Under the pieces are notes generated by a model, which saw nothing but the letters and a program-made list of their open reading frames with translations, ran no database searches and was not told where the DNA came from. The translations under genes and the position numbers were made by a program. A DNA stretch of 64,000 nt from Alphaproteobacteria bacterium (GTDB lineage Bacteria; Pseudomonadota; Alphaproteobacteria; UBA828). The DNA lies in contig CBDCQT010000010.1 in the NCBI GenBank assembly GCA_965220745.1, positions 512,001 to 576,000 of the forward strand. The letters run 5' to 3'. This document shows positions 17,800 to 27,796 of the stretch, piece after piece (positions within the stretch are counted from its first letter, which is position 1; the number at the start of each line of letters is the position of its first letter).

Positions 17800-17831
17800 T
17801 TAGCGGCCGGCGCGATGTGGGACGGAATTCC

Positions 17832-18404
17832 TCAGCGAAGAATGTGCCAGTGGCCGCCCCTGCCCCGGCAGGCAACGACCGGCCGTGCACCGTGTTCGAG
17901 GACGCGACAATCCCGATGCGTGTTGTGGCCGTACACGGGGCGGTGGTGGTGGCGGTTCCGATCGCGCGGTCTCGGTTGCACCAGGACCGGGGGGTGCGCG
18001 TGGGGCCGCTTCCATCCGCGGTGATAGCCGTGGTGGTGGTGGCCATGACGGTGCCGCCGGGGATGCACGTACCAGTGCTGCCGATGGCCCCTGCGGTCGT
18101 GCCACCAGCGCTGATGATGCATCGGGCGCTGATACACCCATGAATGCTGACGATGACCCACGCGGTGATCAAAGTACAGGCCGCCCGACACCGTGCTGGT
18201 GCCGACCCTGGTCACGTGGCCGGGCTCTTGGTCCATCGCCAAGCCGATCAAGCCGCCGATGACAGCACCCATCAGCGCGGCATCCCACACATGCGTGTGG
18301 TCGGCCCGGGCGGACGTCGACGCCATGGTGGAGGCGAGCGCGATGGCAGCCGCGAACGTGATCCCGCCGACAATGCCGTGTCTCCAGCTTCGCTTCATCA
18401 TCAT
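17832..18404 (-). CDS. Exported His/Arg-rich hypothetical protein
   Basis: Signal peptide ending ARA, glycine-zipper-like MGAVIGGLIG, about 30 His in 190 aa; GGAG RBS. Confidence 0.65.
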   Translation of the reverse strand: MMMKRSWRHGIVGGITFAAAIALASTMASTSARADHTHVWDAALMGAVIGGLIGLAMDQEPGHVTRVGTSTVSGGLYFDHRVGHRQHSWVYQRPMHHQRWWHDRRGHRQHWYVHPRRHRHGHHHHGYHRGWKRPHAHPPVLVQPRPRDRNRHHHRPVYGHNTHRDCRVLEHGARPVVACRGRGGHWHILR

Positions 18405-18583
18405 TCTCCGCTCTCAAGCGTCGGCTTGTCTCAAGCGCTGGCAACCTCATCCATCGAGAATATTAGGCGAGTCGCCAACCCTATCGTCCGGTGAGCGGAG
18501 TTTTCGATCAACCAATAAGCGACATCTGCGCGGTAAAGAATTGTAAAGAAATGTGTCTCCGGACGGAACGCCTGCGGGCCAAG

Positions 18584-19348
18584 TCAGCGGTTCCACCAGG
18601 GCGTGTCGGAGAACGGCCGCAGATCGATCTCGTGGGTCCACGCGGAGCGGTGCTGCTGGGCAAGCTGGAAGTAGGTGTCGGCGATCTCGGCGGGCAGCAG
18701 CAGGCCGTCCTGCTCCAGTCCGCGCTCTTCTCGAAGCTTCTGGAACGCCTCCTCGCCGAGCATCCTGCCCAGGGTATCGGGCGCATCGACCATGCCGTCG
18801 ATGATGATGTGCGCGACGTGAATGCCCTTGGGGCTGAACTCCGCATTGAGACTCTGGCACAGCATGCGCCGCCCGCCCATGGCGGCCGCATGGGAGTGCT
18901 GGCCCTTGTTGCCGCGCATCGCTGCGGTCGACGAGGTGACGAGGATGGTGCCGCTGCCGCGCTGCTCCATCAGCGGACAGACGGCGGACGCCAACCGAAA
19001 CAGGCCGAAGGTCCCCAGCCGCCAGCCCAGCTCGAAGACCTTGTAGCTGGTCTCCGCCAGCGACCGATCGCCGATCTGTGCGCCCAGGTTGTAGACCGCC
19101 ACCTCGATCGGGCCGATGTCCGCTTCGACCGCGGCGATCCGGTCCTCAATGGTCTCGGGGGCCACGGCGTTGAGCAGGAAGCCGGATGCGGCACCGCCAT
19201 CCTCGGCAATGCGGGCGACCGAGCGGCTCAGCCCTTCTTCGTCCGACCGCCGGCAGAGCACCGCATGGTAGCCCGCGCGGGTGAAGCGGCTTCCCACATG
19301 GCTGCCGATGCCCGCGCCGGCACCGATGACAAGACAGACACGTTGCAT
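18584..19348 (-). CDS. Short-chain dehydrogenase/reductase
   Basis: 'LVIGAGAGIG', 'GTILVTSSTA', 'GIHVAHIIIDG', 'AWTHEIDLRPF'. Confidence 0.9.
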   Translation of the reverse strand: MQRVCLVIGAGAGIGSHVGSRFTRAGYHAVLCRRSDEEGLSRSVARIAEDGGAASGFLLNAVAPETIEDRIAAVEADIGPIEVAVYNLGAQIGDRSLAETSYKVFELGWRLGTFGLFRLASAVCPLMEQRGSGTILVTSSTAAMRGNKGQHSHAAAMGGRRMLCQSLNAEFSPKGIHVAHIIIDGMVDAPDTLGRMLGEEAFQKLREERGLEQDGLLLPAEIADTYFQLAQQHRSAWTHEIDLRPFSDTPWWNR

Positions 19349-19446
19349 CGATTCCTTGCTCCATGAGGTTGGTCGGCTGGCGAAGCGCCGCCGCACCATT
19401 ACAGTCTATACTCGGACGCGCCAGCCCAACGCATTCGCAGGTTGCC

Positions 19447-21165
19447 ATGTCCGTCGTCCCCGTCGCCCGCGGTCATCACTACGTCGTCAGCACGGGCCAT
19501 GAGCTCGCGACGCTCGCCGCGTTCGAAGCGCTTGAGAACGGCGGCAACGCCATCGACGCGGGCGTCGCCGCGATCCTGACCCTCGGCGTGGTCTACAGCG
19601 ACCAGGTGAGCGTGGCGGGGGTCGCGCCGATGATCGTCCGGCTCGCGGAGACCGGCGAGATCGTCACCATCGCGGGCGTCGGCGGCTGGCCGCAGGCACT
19701 CGACCCCGACGCCTTCATCGCACGCCACGGGGGTGCGATCCCGCTCGGGGTCCGGCGCACAGTGGTGCCGGCCGCTCCCGATGCCTGCCTCCAGGCGCTG
19801 GAGCGCTGGGGCAGGATGACCTTTCGCGACGTGGCGGCGCGCGCGGTGCGCTATGCCCGCGAGGGATTCCCGCGCCACCCGGTCATGCTGGACTACGTGC
19901 GCAAGCACGCCGACGAGTTCCGTAATTGGCCGGAGAACGTCGCGATCTGGATGCCAGGCGGCGAGGTGCCGGCACCGGGCGACCGGCTGGTCCAGGCCGA
20001 TCTCGGCCGCACGCTGCAGTTCCTTTGCGACGAGGAACGTGCGGCCGGCAACGATCGCATGGCGGGCCTCGCGGCGGTGCGGCGCGCGTTCTACCAGGGC
20101 GACATCGCGAGCCAGATCCTCGCGCACCAGCGGGAGCACGACGGGCTGCTCGCGGCGGAGGATCTGGAGGAGTTCCGCTGCCAGATCGTGCCTTCGGTCT
20201 CGCGGCGCTTCCGCTTCAACGGCGAGGAGGTCGAGGTGCATACCTGCGACGCCTGGTGCCAGGGGCCGTTCCTGCTGGAAGCGCTCGCCATCGCCGAGGC
20301 GGCGGGCGGCGGGACGCTGGAGCACGGCTCGGACGCGTACCTCCATGCGGTCGCGGAGAGCCTGAAGCTCACCTTCGCCGACCGGGAGGCCTATCTCGGC
20401 GACCCGGACTTCGTGGACGTCCCGCTCGATGCGCTCATCGGCTCCGCCTACGCGGCCGAGCGGAGCAAGGCGATCGATCCCGACAAGGCGGCGCCGAGCA
20501 TGCCGCGCCCCGGCCGGATTCCCGGCTACGAGCCATACGCTGCGCCGGCTGCCGCGTGCGGCGCGCCAACCGGGCCCTCGCCCGACACGTCGATCGTCTG
20601 CGTCATCGACGGCGAGGGGAACGCGCTCTGCTCGACACCGTCCGACACGAGCTGGGATACGCCTGTGGTGCCGGGAACCGGGCTCGCGGTGTCCTCGCGG
20701 GGCGCGCAATCGTGGGCCGTGCGGGGCCATCCCTCCTGCATCGCGCCGGGCAAGCGGCCGCGACTCACCCCCAATCCCTGCTTCGCGTTCTCGCCCGGCC
20801 GCTGGATCATGCCGTTCGGAACGCCGGGCGGCGACACGCAGATCCAGGCCAACCTGCAAACGCTCTTGGGCCATCTGGCCTTCGGCATGGAACTGCAGGA
20901 CGCGGTGGAGGCCCCGCGCCTGGTCACATACAGCCATCCCGATTCCTTCGCGCCCCACGCCGCGCATCCCGGCCGCGTCACCCTGGAAGGGCGCATCGAC
21001 GAAGCCACCAGCGACCGGCTCGCCGCGCGCGGGCACGAGATCGAGCTGCTGGACGACTGGTCGCACTGGACAGGCGGCGTCTGCGCGGTGCGCAAGGACC
21101 TTGAGACGGGCGAGATCGAGGGCGCCGCCGACCCCCGGCGCATGAGCCGCGCGCTGGGCTGGTAG
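19447..21165 (+). CDS. Gamma-glutamyltransferase family protein
   Basis: 'GGNAIDAGVA', 'ADREAYLGDP', nucleophile 'DTSIVCVIDGEGN', 'PGKRPRLT', 'GTPGGDTQ', 'GAADPRR'. Confidence 0.93.
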   Translation: MSVVPVARGHHYVVSTGHELATLAAFEALENGGNAIDAGVAAILTLGVVYSDQVSVAGVAPMIVRLAETGEIVTIAGVGGWPQALDPDAFIARHGGAIPLGVRRTVVPAAPDACLQALERWGRMTFRDVAARAVRYAREGFPRHPVMLDYVRKHADEFRNWPENVAIWMPGGEVPAPGDRLVQADLGRTLQFLCDEERAAGNDRMAGLAAVRRAFYQGDIASQILAHQREHDGLLAAEDLEEFRCQIVPSVSRRFRFNGEEVEVHTCDAWCQGPFLLEALAIAEAAGGGTLEHGSDAYLHAVAESLKLTFADREAYLGDPDFVDVPLDALIGSAYAAERSKAIDPDKAAPSMPRPGRIPGYEPYAAPAAACGAPTGPSPDTSIVCVIDGEGNALCSTPSDTSWDTPVVPGTGLAVSSRGAQSWAVRGHPSCIAPGKRPRLTPNPCFAFSPGRWIMPFGTPGGDTQIQANLQTLLGHLAFGMELQDAVEAPRLVTYSHPDSFAPHAAHPGRVTLEGRIDEATSDRLAARGHEIELLDDWSHWTGGVCAVRKDLETGEIEGAADPRRMSRALGW

Positions 21166-21579
21166 TCAGAGGATCCTCTGGCCCTCCTCGATCGGGAGGT
21201 CGTTGGCGGAGAGATCGAGCACGCTCTGCAACCCGTCGGGGTCGAACTCCCAGTGCTCGTTGCCGAATGTCCGGTACCACTGGCCGGTGTCACGGTGGCG
21301 CCATTCGCTGACGAAGCGCACCGAAATGCGGTTCGCCGTGAAGCTCCAGAGCTCCTTCCTGAGCCTGTAATGCTGCTGGATCGGCCAGCGCGCAAGCAGG
21401 AACGGCACGATGTTCTCCCGCCCTTCGACGAACGCGTCGCGATAGCGCCAGCGCGTGTCCGGCGTGCAGGTGAGCGGGATTTCGTCGGCGACCCCGCGGT
21501 TCCAGGCGTCCTCGAAGGCCTGGACGACGGCGCGGGCGGCGGCCTCGCCAAAGGGCGGCGCGATGGGGCCGGCGCTCAC
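21166..21579 (-). CDS. NTF2/SnoaL-like protein (DUF1348 type)
   Basis: 'FEDAWN...TPDTRWRYRD', 'YRLRKELWSFTANRISVRF', 'GNEHWEFD', 'SANDLPI'. Confidence 0.85.
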   Translation of the reverse strand: MSAGPIAPPFGEAAARAVVQAFEDAWNRGVADEIPLTCTPDTRWRYRDAFVEGRENIVPFLLARWPIQQHYRLRKELWSFTANRISVRFVSEWRHRDTGQWYRTFGNEHWEFDPDGLQSVLDLSANDLPIEEGQRIL

Positions 21580-21600
21580 AGCGGTCTCTCCGTCCGGCGC

Positions 21601-21933
21601 CTATTCGGTCGGCAGCCGGAAGCCCATGTCGCGCTTGCCGCTCACGTCGTAGATCTCCGCCGAGTAATGGGTGATGTCGCCGCGGATGTTGGCCGCGCTG
21701 AGCGCCGCAACCAGCGTGTCCATGTAGGGATGGGTGAAGTGCGCATCGAGCGCCGCCTGATCGTCCCAGACCTCGAAGATGATGGCCCGGTTGGGCGCGG
21801 TGACATCGATGGCCCAGTCGTAGATCTGGGCGCCGGGCTCCTTGCGCGAGTTCTCGATGGCATCGACGACCGCGGCCTTGATGCGGTCGAACCCGCCAGG
21901 CACGAACTCGAAAACGACGGCGACGATCAGCAT
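21601..21933 (-). CDS. Antibiotic biosynthesis monooxygenase (ABM) family protein
   Basis: 'SRKEPG...Y', 'FEVWDDQAALDAHFTHP'. Confidence 0.85.
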   Translation of the reverse strand: MLIVAVVFEFVPGGFDRIKAAVVDAIENSRKEPGAQIYDWAIDVTAPNRAIIFEVWDDQAALDAHFTHPYMDTLVAALSAANIRGDITHYSAEIYDVSGKRDMGFRLPTE

Positions 21934-22042
21934 GGAGTGCTCTCCCTCAACTCTGTTTCGTCGGTCATTGTCGCACATCCATGAGCGAGCCGTCCGTCGG
22001 CCTTGCGTCGCGGGCGCGGGCGGCGCAGATATCCGGCCAGCC

Positions 22043-23920
22043 ATGCTGACCCTGCAGAACATCGCCTACCGGGTCGAGGGACGCCTGCTCTTCGAGGGCG
22101 TGACCGCGCAGATCGGCGCCCGTCAGAGGCTCGGGCTGGTGGGGCGTAACGGCTGCGGCAAGACGACCCTTCTCCGCCTCGTCGCGCGCCGGCTCGAGCC
22201 CGACGAGGGCACGATCCTGCGCACGCGCGGGCTTTCCGTCCGGCTGGTCGATCAGGAGGTGCCGGGCGGGCCGGAGACGCCGCGCGCCGCCGTGCTCGCA
22301 GCGCACGAGGAACGCGCGACCCTGATCGCTGAGACGGAGAGCGCCGAGGGCGCGCGCCGCGCCGAGATCGAGGCCCGGCTCGCGGAGATCGGCGCGCACG
22401 CGGCCCCGGCGCGGGCTGCCCGCCTGCTCGCCGGCCTCGGCATCGACGAGGCGATGCAACAGGTGCCGCTCGCGGATCTCTCCGGCGGCTGGCGCATGCG
22501 GGTCGCGCTCGCCGCCGCGCTCTTCGTTGAGCCCGACCTGCTGCTGCTGGACGAGCCGACCAACCACCTCGATCTCGAGGCGGCCGCGTGGCTGGAGGCC
22601 CACCTGAAGCGCTACCCGCGTGCGCTGGTCGTGGTAAGCCATGACCGCACCCTGCTCGATGCGGTGCCCGACGGGATCCTCCACATGGCGGGCGGGGGGC
22701 TGACCCACTACCCCGGCAACTATACGCGCTTCGCGAAGACCTATGCCGAGTCCCTCGCCACGGCGCGCGCCCAGCAGGCCCGTATCGACGCCAAGCGGCG
22801 CCACCTCCAGGGCTTCGTCGACCGCTTTCGCTACAAGGCGAGCAAGGCGCGGCAGGCGCAAAGTCGCCTCAAGGCCCTCGCGAAGCTCGCCGACGTGCCG
22901 ATGGTGATCGACGAGCGGACGCCGGACCTGACCTTCCCCGAGCCCACAGCGCTGGCGCCGCCGCTGATGAGCCTCGCGGGCGTGGCGGTCGGCTACGAGC
23001 CGAGCCGTCCCGTGCTGCGCGGGGTCAGCCTGCGCATCGACCCCGACGAGCGGGTGGCGCTGCTCGGCGCGAACGGCAACGGCAAGTCCACCTTCGCCAA
23101 GCTGCTGGCCGACATGCTTGCGCCGGAGCGGGGCACGGTGACGCGGGCGCCGAGCCTCGCGGTCGGCTACTTCGCGCAGCACCAGATCGACACGCTGGAG
23201 CCCGAGGGCACGGCGTTCGGCCACCTCGCGCGCCTCATGCCCGACGCCGCGCCCCACCGCGTCCGCGCGCGCCTCGGCGCCTTCGGCTTCGGCGGGGAGA
23301 AGGCGGATGTGGAAGTCGCCGCGCTCTCGGGCGGAGAGAAGGCGCGGCTCAACCTCGCGCTAATCTCGCGCCGCTCGCCGCAGCTGCTGGTGCTGGACGA
23401 GCCGACCAACCATCTCGACATTCAGAGCCGGCACGCGCTGGTGGAAGCGCTGGAGGCTTACGACGGCGCGGTCGTGCTGATCACCCACGACATGCACCTG
23501 GTCCAGCTCGTGGCCGACCGACTGTGGCTGGTGCAAGACGGCACGGTCCAGGCCTACGACGGCGACCTCGCCGACTACCGCGCCGAGATCCTCGGCAGCG
23601 AAGGGAAGCGGGCGGATGGCAACGGCCGCGAGAGCCGCCCGCCGCCCGCGCGCAAGGCCGTGCGTCAGGCCGCGGCCGCAGTCCGCGCCAGGCAGAAACC
23701 CCTCAAGGATGCCGTGGCGGCGGCGGAGCAGCGGATCGCCCAGGCGCAGGAGGCGCAGCGCTCCCTCCAGGCCGCGCTTGCCTCGGCCGCCCAGAAGAAC
23801 GACGCTGCGCGGATCGCCGCCCTGGGCAAGGAGCTGGCGGCGGCGAAGCGGGCCGAGGCGGCGGCCGAGGGCGATTGGCTCGCCGCCGCCGAGGCACTCG
23901 AACGTGCGGAGCCGAGCTAA
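22043..23920 (+). CDS. ABC-F family ATPase (YheS-like)
   Basis: Two Walker A motifs (GRNGCGKTT, GANGNGKST), LSGGWRMR, LLDEPTNHLD twice, linker 'FRYKASKARQAQSR'; no TM helices. Confidence 0.93.
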   Translation: MLTLQNIAYRVEGRLLFEGVTAQIGARQRLGLVGRNGCGKTTLLRLVARRLEPDEGTILRTRGLSVRLVDQEVPGGPETPRAAVLAAHEERATLIAETESAEGARRAEIEARLAEIGAHAAPARAARLLAGLGIDEAMQQVPLADLSGGWRMRVALAAALFVEPDLLLLDEPTNHLDLEAAAWLEAHLKRYPRALVVVSHDRTLLDAVPDGILHMAGGGLTHYPGNYTRFAKTYAESLATARAQQARIDAKRRHLQGFVDRFRYKASKARQAQSRLKALAKLADVPMVIDERTPDLTFPEPTALAPPLMSLAGVAVGYEPSRPVLRGVSLRIDPDERVALLGANGNGKSTFAKLLADMLAPERGTVTRAPSLAVGYFAQHQIDTLEPEGTAFGHLARLMPDAAPHRVRARLGAFGFGGEKADVEVAALSGGEKARLNLALISRRSPQLLVLDEPTNHLDIQSRHALVEALEAYDGAVVLITHDMHLVQLVADRLWLVQDGTVQAYDGDLADYRAEILGSEGKRADGNGRESRPPPARKAVRQAAAAVRARQKPLKDAVAAAEQRIAQAQEAQRSLQAALASAAQKNDAARIAALGKELAAAKRAEAAAEGDWLAAAEALERAEPS

Positions 23921-25791
23921 GGGGCCGATGCCTCTCCGGCGGCGCGGCGGGCGCGGTTGGCTTGCGCCGCGGCGACGAGGTCGTCCTCGCTCGCGTTAGC
24001 CCAGTAACAGGCGCTGATCCGGCCGTCACCCCGGCTCTCCAGGTCGGGCTCCTCCGTCGTGCAACGCTCAAACGCGAGCGGGCAGCGCGAGCTGAAGCTG
24101 CATCCCGGCGGAATGCCGATGGGGCTCGGCGGCTCGCCCTCCAGCAGGTTTTCCTCGGCGTCGTAGCGGCGCTCCTCGATGGTGGGCACCGCGCTCAGGA
24201 GCGCCTTGGTGTAAGGATGGCCGGGGTTGAAGAAGACCGTGTGGTTGTCGGCGAGCTCGACGATCTTGCCGAGATACATCACCGCGATCCGGGTGCAGGC
24301 GCGTCGCACCATGGCGAGATCGTGGGAGATGAAGATGTAGGTGAAGCCGTGCTCGGCCTGGAGCTTGTCGAAGATCTCCAGCAGGCGCGATTGCTCCACC
24401 TGGTCGAGCGCGGACAGCGTCTCGTCCAGGATCAGCAGGCGAGGCTCCAGCACCAGCGCGCGGGCGAGGTTGATCCGCTGGCGCTGGCCGGCGCTCAGCC
24501 CGATCTGCAGATGGTCGTAGATATCGGCAGGCAGGCCGACCTCGCTCATCACTTCCAGCACGCGGTTCCGCATCGCGCGGCGCCCCATGCCGCCGTGGAT
24601 CAGCAGCGGTTCCAGGATGGTGCGGCCCACTGGCATGTGCGGCGGCATGGCGTTGTAGGGGTCCTGAAGCAGGAGCTGGAAGCGGTGCCGGAGCCCGAGC
24701 AGCCGGCGCCGGTTCATCTTGGCGACGCTCTCGCCCTCGAAGTTGATCGAGCCCTTGTCCGGTGCCTCGATCCAGCTCAGCAGGCGAGACAGCGTCGACT
24801 TGCCGCAGCCGGACTCGCCGACGATGCCGAAATTCTCGCCCGCCTTCACGTTAAATGTGACGCCGCGGACTGCCTCGACGTCGTTGTGGCCGAAGAATCT
24901 GGTCGGGTCGTTAACCCGGTAGGTCTTGTAGACGTCGTCCACCTCCAGCAGCGCGGCCTCGCCCTCGGTCTTGGGCTGGGCGCGCTCCTCCACCGCCCAG
25001 ATGCGCGGGATACGCTCCAGCAGCCGCTTGGAGTAATCGTGCTCGGGTCGGCTGACGATGGCCTCCGGCGTCGAGCGCTCAATGATTCGCCCTTCCTGGA
25101 GGACGATGATGTCGTCCGCGATCTCGCGCACGATAGCGAGCGATGACGAGATGAAGATGATCGCCGTGTCCAGTTGGTCGCGCAGGTCGTGCATCAGGCG
25201 GATGATCTGCGCCGCGACGGTGACGTCGAGCTGCTGGGTGACGTTGTCGGCGATGAGGAAGGTGGGGTTGCTGACCAGCGCATCGACAATCAGCGCGCGT
25301 TGCATCATGCCGCCGGAATACTGGAAGGGGAACTCGTCGAAGCGGCGCTCGGGGCGCGGCATGCGCACCGCGCTCAGCACCTCCAGCGCGCGCTCGCGCG
25401 CGGCCTGCTTGGACATGTCGGGCTGGACCGCGCGCAGCTTTTCAACGATCTGATGGCCGACGGGGATGGTCGGATCCAAGGCGCTGCCGGGGTCTGAGCC
25501 GATATAGCCGATCTCGCGACCGCGCAGCGCCTGCATCTCGGCCGCGGGGATGGTGAGCAGGTCCCGCCCGTGATAGCCGACGCTGCCGGCAGTGATCTCG
25601 AGCGGCTCGGTGATCGCATTGCAGAGCACGCGGCTCAGCACGGTCTTGCCCGAGCCGCTTTCGCCGATGATGCCGAGCACCTGACGCTCGCGCAGCTGGA
25701 AGCTCACGTCGCGCAGGATCGGCTCGCTCACGCCGCGGCGGACGAGGTCGACCGAAATGCCCTGCGCGTCGAGGAGCGGCGGCGCCGACAT
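23917..25791 (-). CDS. Peptide ABC transporter, fused double ATPase (DppD/F)
   Basis: GESGSGKT and GESGCGKST, YSGGMMQR, C-terminal 'HPYTKALL...PPGCSFSSRCP'. Confidence 0.93.
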   Translation of the reverse strand: MSAPPLLDAQGISVDLVRRGVSEPILRDVSFQLRERQVLGIIGESGSGKTVLSRVLCNAITEPLEITAGSVGYHGRDLLTIPAAEMQALRGREIGYIGSDPGSALDPTIPVGHQIVEKLRAVQPDMSKQAARERALEVLSAVRMPRPERRFDEFPFQYSGGMMQRALIVDALVSNPTFLIADNVTQQLDVTVAAQIIRLMHDLRDQLDTAIIFISSSLAIVREIADDIIVLQEGRIIERSTPEAIVSRPEHDYSKRLLERIPRIWAVEERAQPKTEGEAALLEVDDVYKTYRVNDPTRFFGHNDVEAVRGVTFNVKAGENFGIVGESGCGKSTLSRLLSWIEAPDKGSINFEGESVAKMNRRRLLGLRHRFQLLLQDPYNAMPPHMPVGRTILEPLLIHGGMGRRAMRNRVLEVMSEVGLPADIYDHLQIGLSAGQRQRINLARALVLEPRLLILDETLSALDQVEQSRLLEIFDKLQAEHGFTYIFISHDLAMVRRACTRIAVMYLGKIVELADNHTVFFNPGHPYTKALLSAVPTIEERRYDAEENLLEGEPPSPIGIPPGCSFSSRCPLAFERCTTEEPDLESRGDGRISACYWANASEDDLVAAAQANRARRAAGEASAP

Positions 25792-25794
25792 GGG

Positions 25795-26703
25795 CTAGAC
25801 GATCCCCTTGAAGAGCTTGTTACGGGCGCGCTCCAGCGAGGCGCCCATCAGGTTGATGCTGATGAGCGTGAGGATGAGGAAGACCCCGGGCATCGTCGGG
25901 ATCCACCAGCTGTTCACCAGGTACTTGTAGCCGTCGGCGATGATGTTGCCGAAGGTCGGCGTCGGCGGCTGAATACCGATTCCGAGGAAGCCGAACAGCG
26001 CCTCGAAGATCATCATGCGGGCGATGTCGAGCACAGCGACGAAGGCAATGGGCGGCAGGATGTTGGGCGAGATCATCAGCGCGGCGATCCTGAGGTCGCT
26101 CGCGCCCAGAATCTTCGCCCCCCTGACGTATTCGCGCTCGCGCTCGGCGAGCGCGATGCTTCGCACCACGCGGGCATAGATCGGCCAGCCCGCCAGCACC
26201 AGCACGGCGGTCACCGTGAAGGGGTTGGGCCGGCTCACGCTCAGGATCGTGATCGCCAGCACGATCACCGGGATCGAGAGCTGCGCGTCGGTGATGCGCA
26301 TCAGGACGATGTCGACCCAGCGGCCCCAGTAGCCGGAAATCACGCCGAGCGCGCAGCCGATGACGAACATGATCGCGACGGCGGCCGCGGCGATGCCGAG
26401 CCCGTTGCGGAGACCCACCAGCGAGCGGACGAAGAGGTCGCGGCCCAGCTGGTCGGTGCCGGCGAGATGAGCCCAGGTGCCGCCCTCCAGGAAGATGGGC
26501 GGCAGGAAGCGCTCGCGCACGCTGATCTTCATGGGATCGTAGGGCGAGAGCTCCGGCCAGATGATCGCAGCACCCACGAGCACGACGAAGACGCCGAGCC
26601 CGATCTTGAAGCTCGTCATCTCCCAGGCGAGGCGGAACATCCGCCGGGTGACGGATTCGCCCCGCCCTCGCTTTGTGCCGGTCGTGCCCGTCTCGGCGGC
26701 CAT
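25795..26703 (-). CDS. Peptide ABC transporter permease (DppC-like)
   Basis: 'GTDQLGRD', 'WPIYARVVR', EAA-like 'EYVRGAKILGAS', 'FLGIGIQPPTP'. Confidence 0.93.
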   Translation of the reverse strand: MAAETGTTGTKRGRGESVTRRMFRLAWEMTSFKIGLGVFVVLVGAAIIWPELSPYDPMKISVRERFLPPIFLEGGTWAHLAGTDQLGRDLFVRSLVGLRNGLGIAAAAVAIMFVIGCALGVISGYWGRWVDIVLMRITDAQLSIPVIVLAITILSVSRPNPFTVTAVLVLAGWPIYARVVRSIALAEREREYVRGAKILGASDLRIAALMISPNILPPIAFVAVLDIARMMIFEALFGFLGIGIQPPTPTFGNIIADGYKYLVNSWWIPTMPGVFLILTLISINLMGASLERARNKLFKGIV

Positions 26704-27722
26704 CAGAACTTGAGCCTGCGGTCGATGAAGGTGGACGCGAGGTCCACCATGATGTTGGCGAGCACGAGAATGCTCGCCGCCAGGATGGCGACGCCCTGAA
26801 TCACCGGGAAGTCACGCTGCAGCACCGCCTGCACGGTGGACCGCCCGACACCGGGATAGTCGAACACGAACTCGGTGACGAAGACGCCGCCGAGCAGCAG
26901 GCCGCCGATCTGCACGCCGAAGAGGTTCAGCATGGGAATCGACGAGTTGCGCAGCACATGGCGCACGATGATCTGCCGCCAGGGCAGCCCGCGCACGATG
27001 CCGCCGGAGACGTAGCCCGCCTGCAGCGCCTGGGCGATCGACATCGAAAGCCCGCGGATGATGATGGGTGCCAGCTCCACCGCCAGCACGATGGCCGGCA
27101 GGATGACGTAGCCGAAGCCCTTGTAGCCGATGGAGGGCAGCAGGCCCGCGCGCGCCGTGATCAGCAGGATCAGCACCAGGGCTAACCAGAAGTTTGGCAG
27201 CGATATGAAGACCGAACCTATAAAGAATGCTAATCGGTCTTGCCACTTCTCCTGATTGAGGCCGGCCGCAATTCCAAGCGGCACCGCCATCAAGAGCGTA
27301 AACAGCAAGCCCATGCCCGCCAGCATCAGCGTGTACGGCAGACCGTCGGCGATGACCTTGAGCACGCCGGCGCGGGTCATCTTGGCCTCGCGCTGCTCGG
27401 TGGCGGTGTCCTGCCCCTTGCCGCCGACGACGTTCTGCGCCGTGAGCGCGATGCCGGTCTCGCCGATGAAGTAGGATTCGCCGAAGTCGCCCTGCACCGC
27501 CTTGGCGATGTAGCGGACGAACTGCTCGGGGATCGAATCGCGCAGGCCCAGCTCCTGCGCGCGGGCCTCGACCACCGCCTGGGTGGTGGCGGGCCCCAGC
27601 ATGATCCGCACGGGATCGCCCGGAATGACCCGCAGCAACGTGAAGATCAGGAACGTCACCAGCAGCACGATGACCACGCCCTGCGCAAGGCGGCGGATCA
27701 GGAACGTGAGGACGAATGCCAT
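26703..27722 (-). CDS. Peptide ABC transporter permease (DppB-like)
   Basis: 'IPGDPV', 'SLPNFWL', 'HVLRNS', 'TEFVFDYPGVG', 'QRDFPVIQG'. Confidence 0.93.
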   Translation of the reverse strand: MAFVLTFLIRRLAQGVVIVLLVTFLIFTLLRVIPGDPVRIMLGPATTQAVVEARAQELGLRDSIPEQFVRYIAKAVQGDFGESYFIGETGIALTAQNVVGGKGQDTATEQREAKMTRAGVLKVIADGLPYTLMLAGMGLLFTLLMAVPLGIAAGLNQEKWQDRLAFFIGSVFISLPNFWLALVLILLITARAGLLPSIGYKGFGYVILPAIVLAVELAPIIIRGLSMSIAQALQAGYVSGGIVRGLPWRQIIVRHVLRNSSIPMLNLFGVQIGGLLLGGVFVTEFVFDYPGVGRSTVQAVLQRDFPVIQGVAILAASILVLANIMVDLASTFIDRRLKF

Positions 27723-27756
27723 GCTGGGACCGTGCTACGCGGCGGGATGAAGAGAG

Positions 27757-27786
27757 GCGGGGGCTCCGCCTGCCCGGAGCCCCCGC
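27757..27786. repeat. Intercistronic 12-bp hairpin after the binding-protein gene
   Basis: GCGGGGGCTCCG-CCTGCC-CGGAGCCCCCGC. Confidence 0.7.
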
Positions 27787-27796
27787 AAAGGATCGG

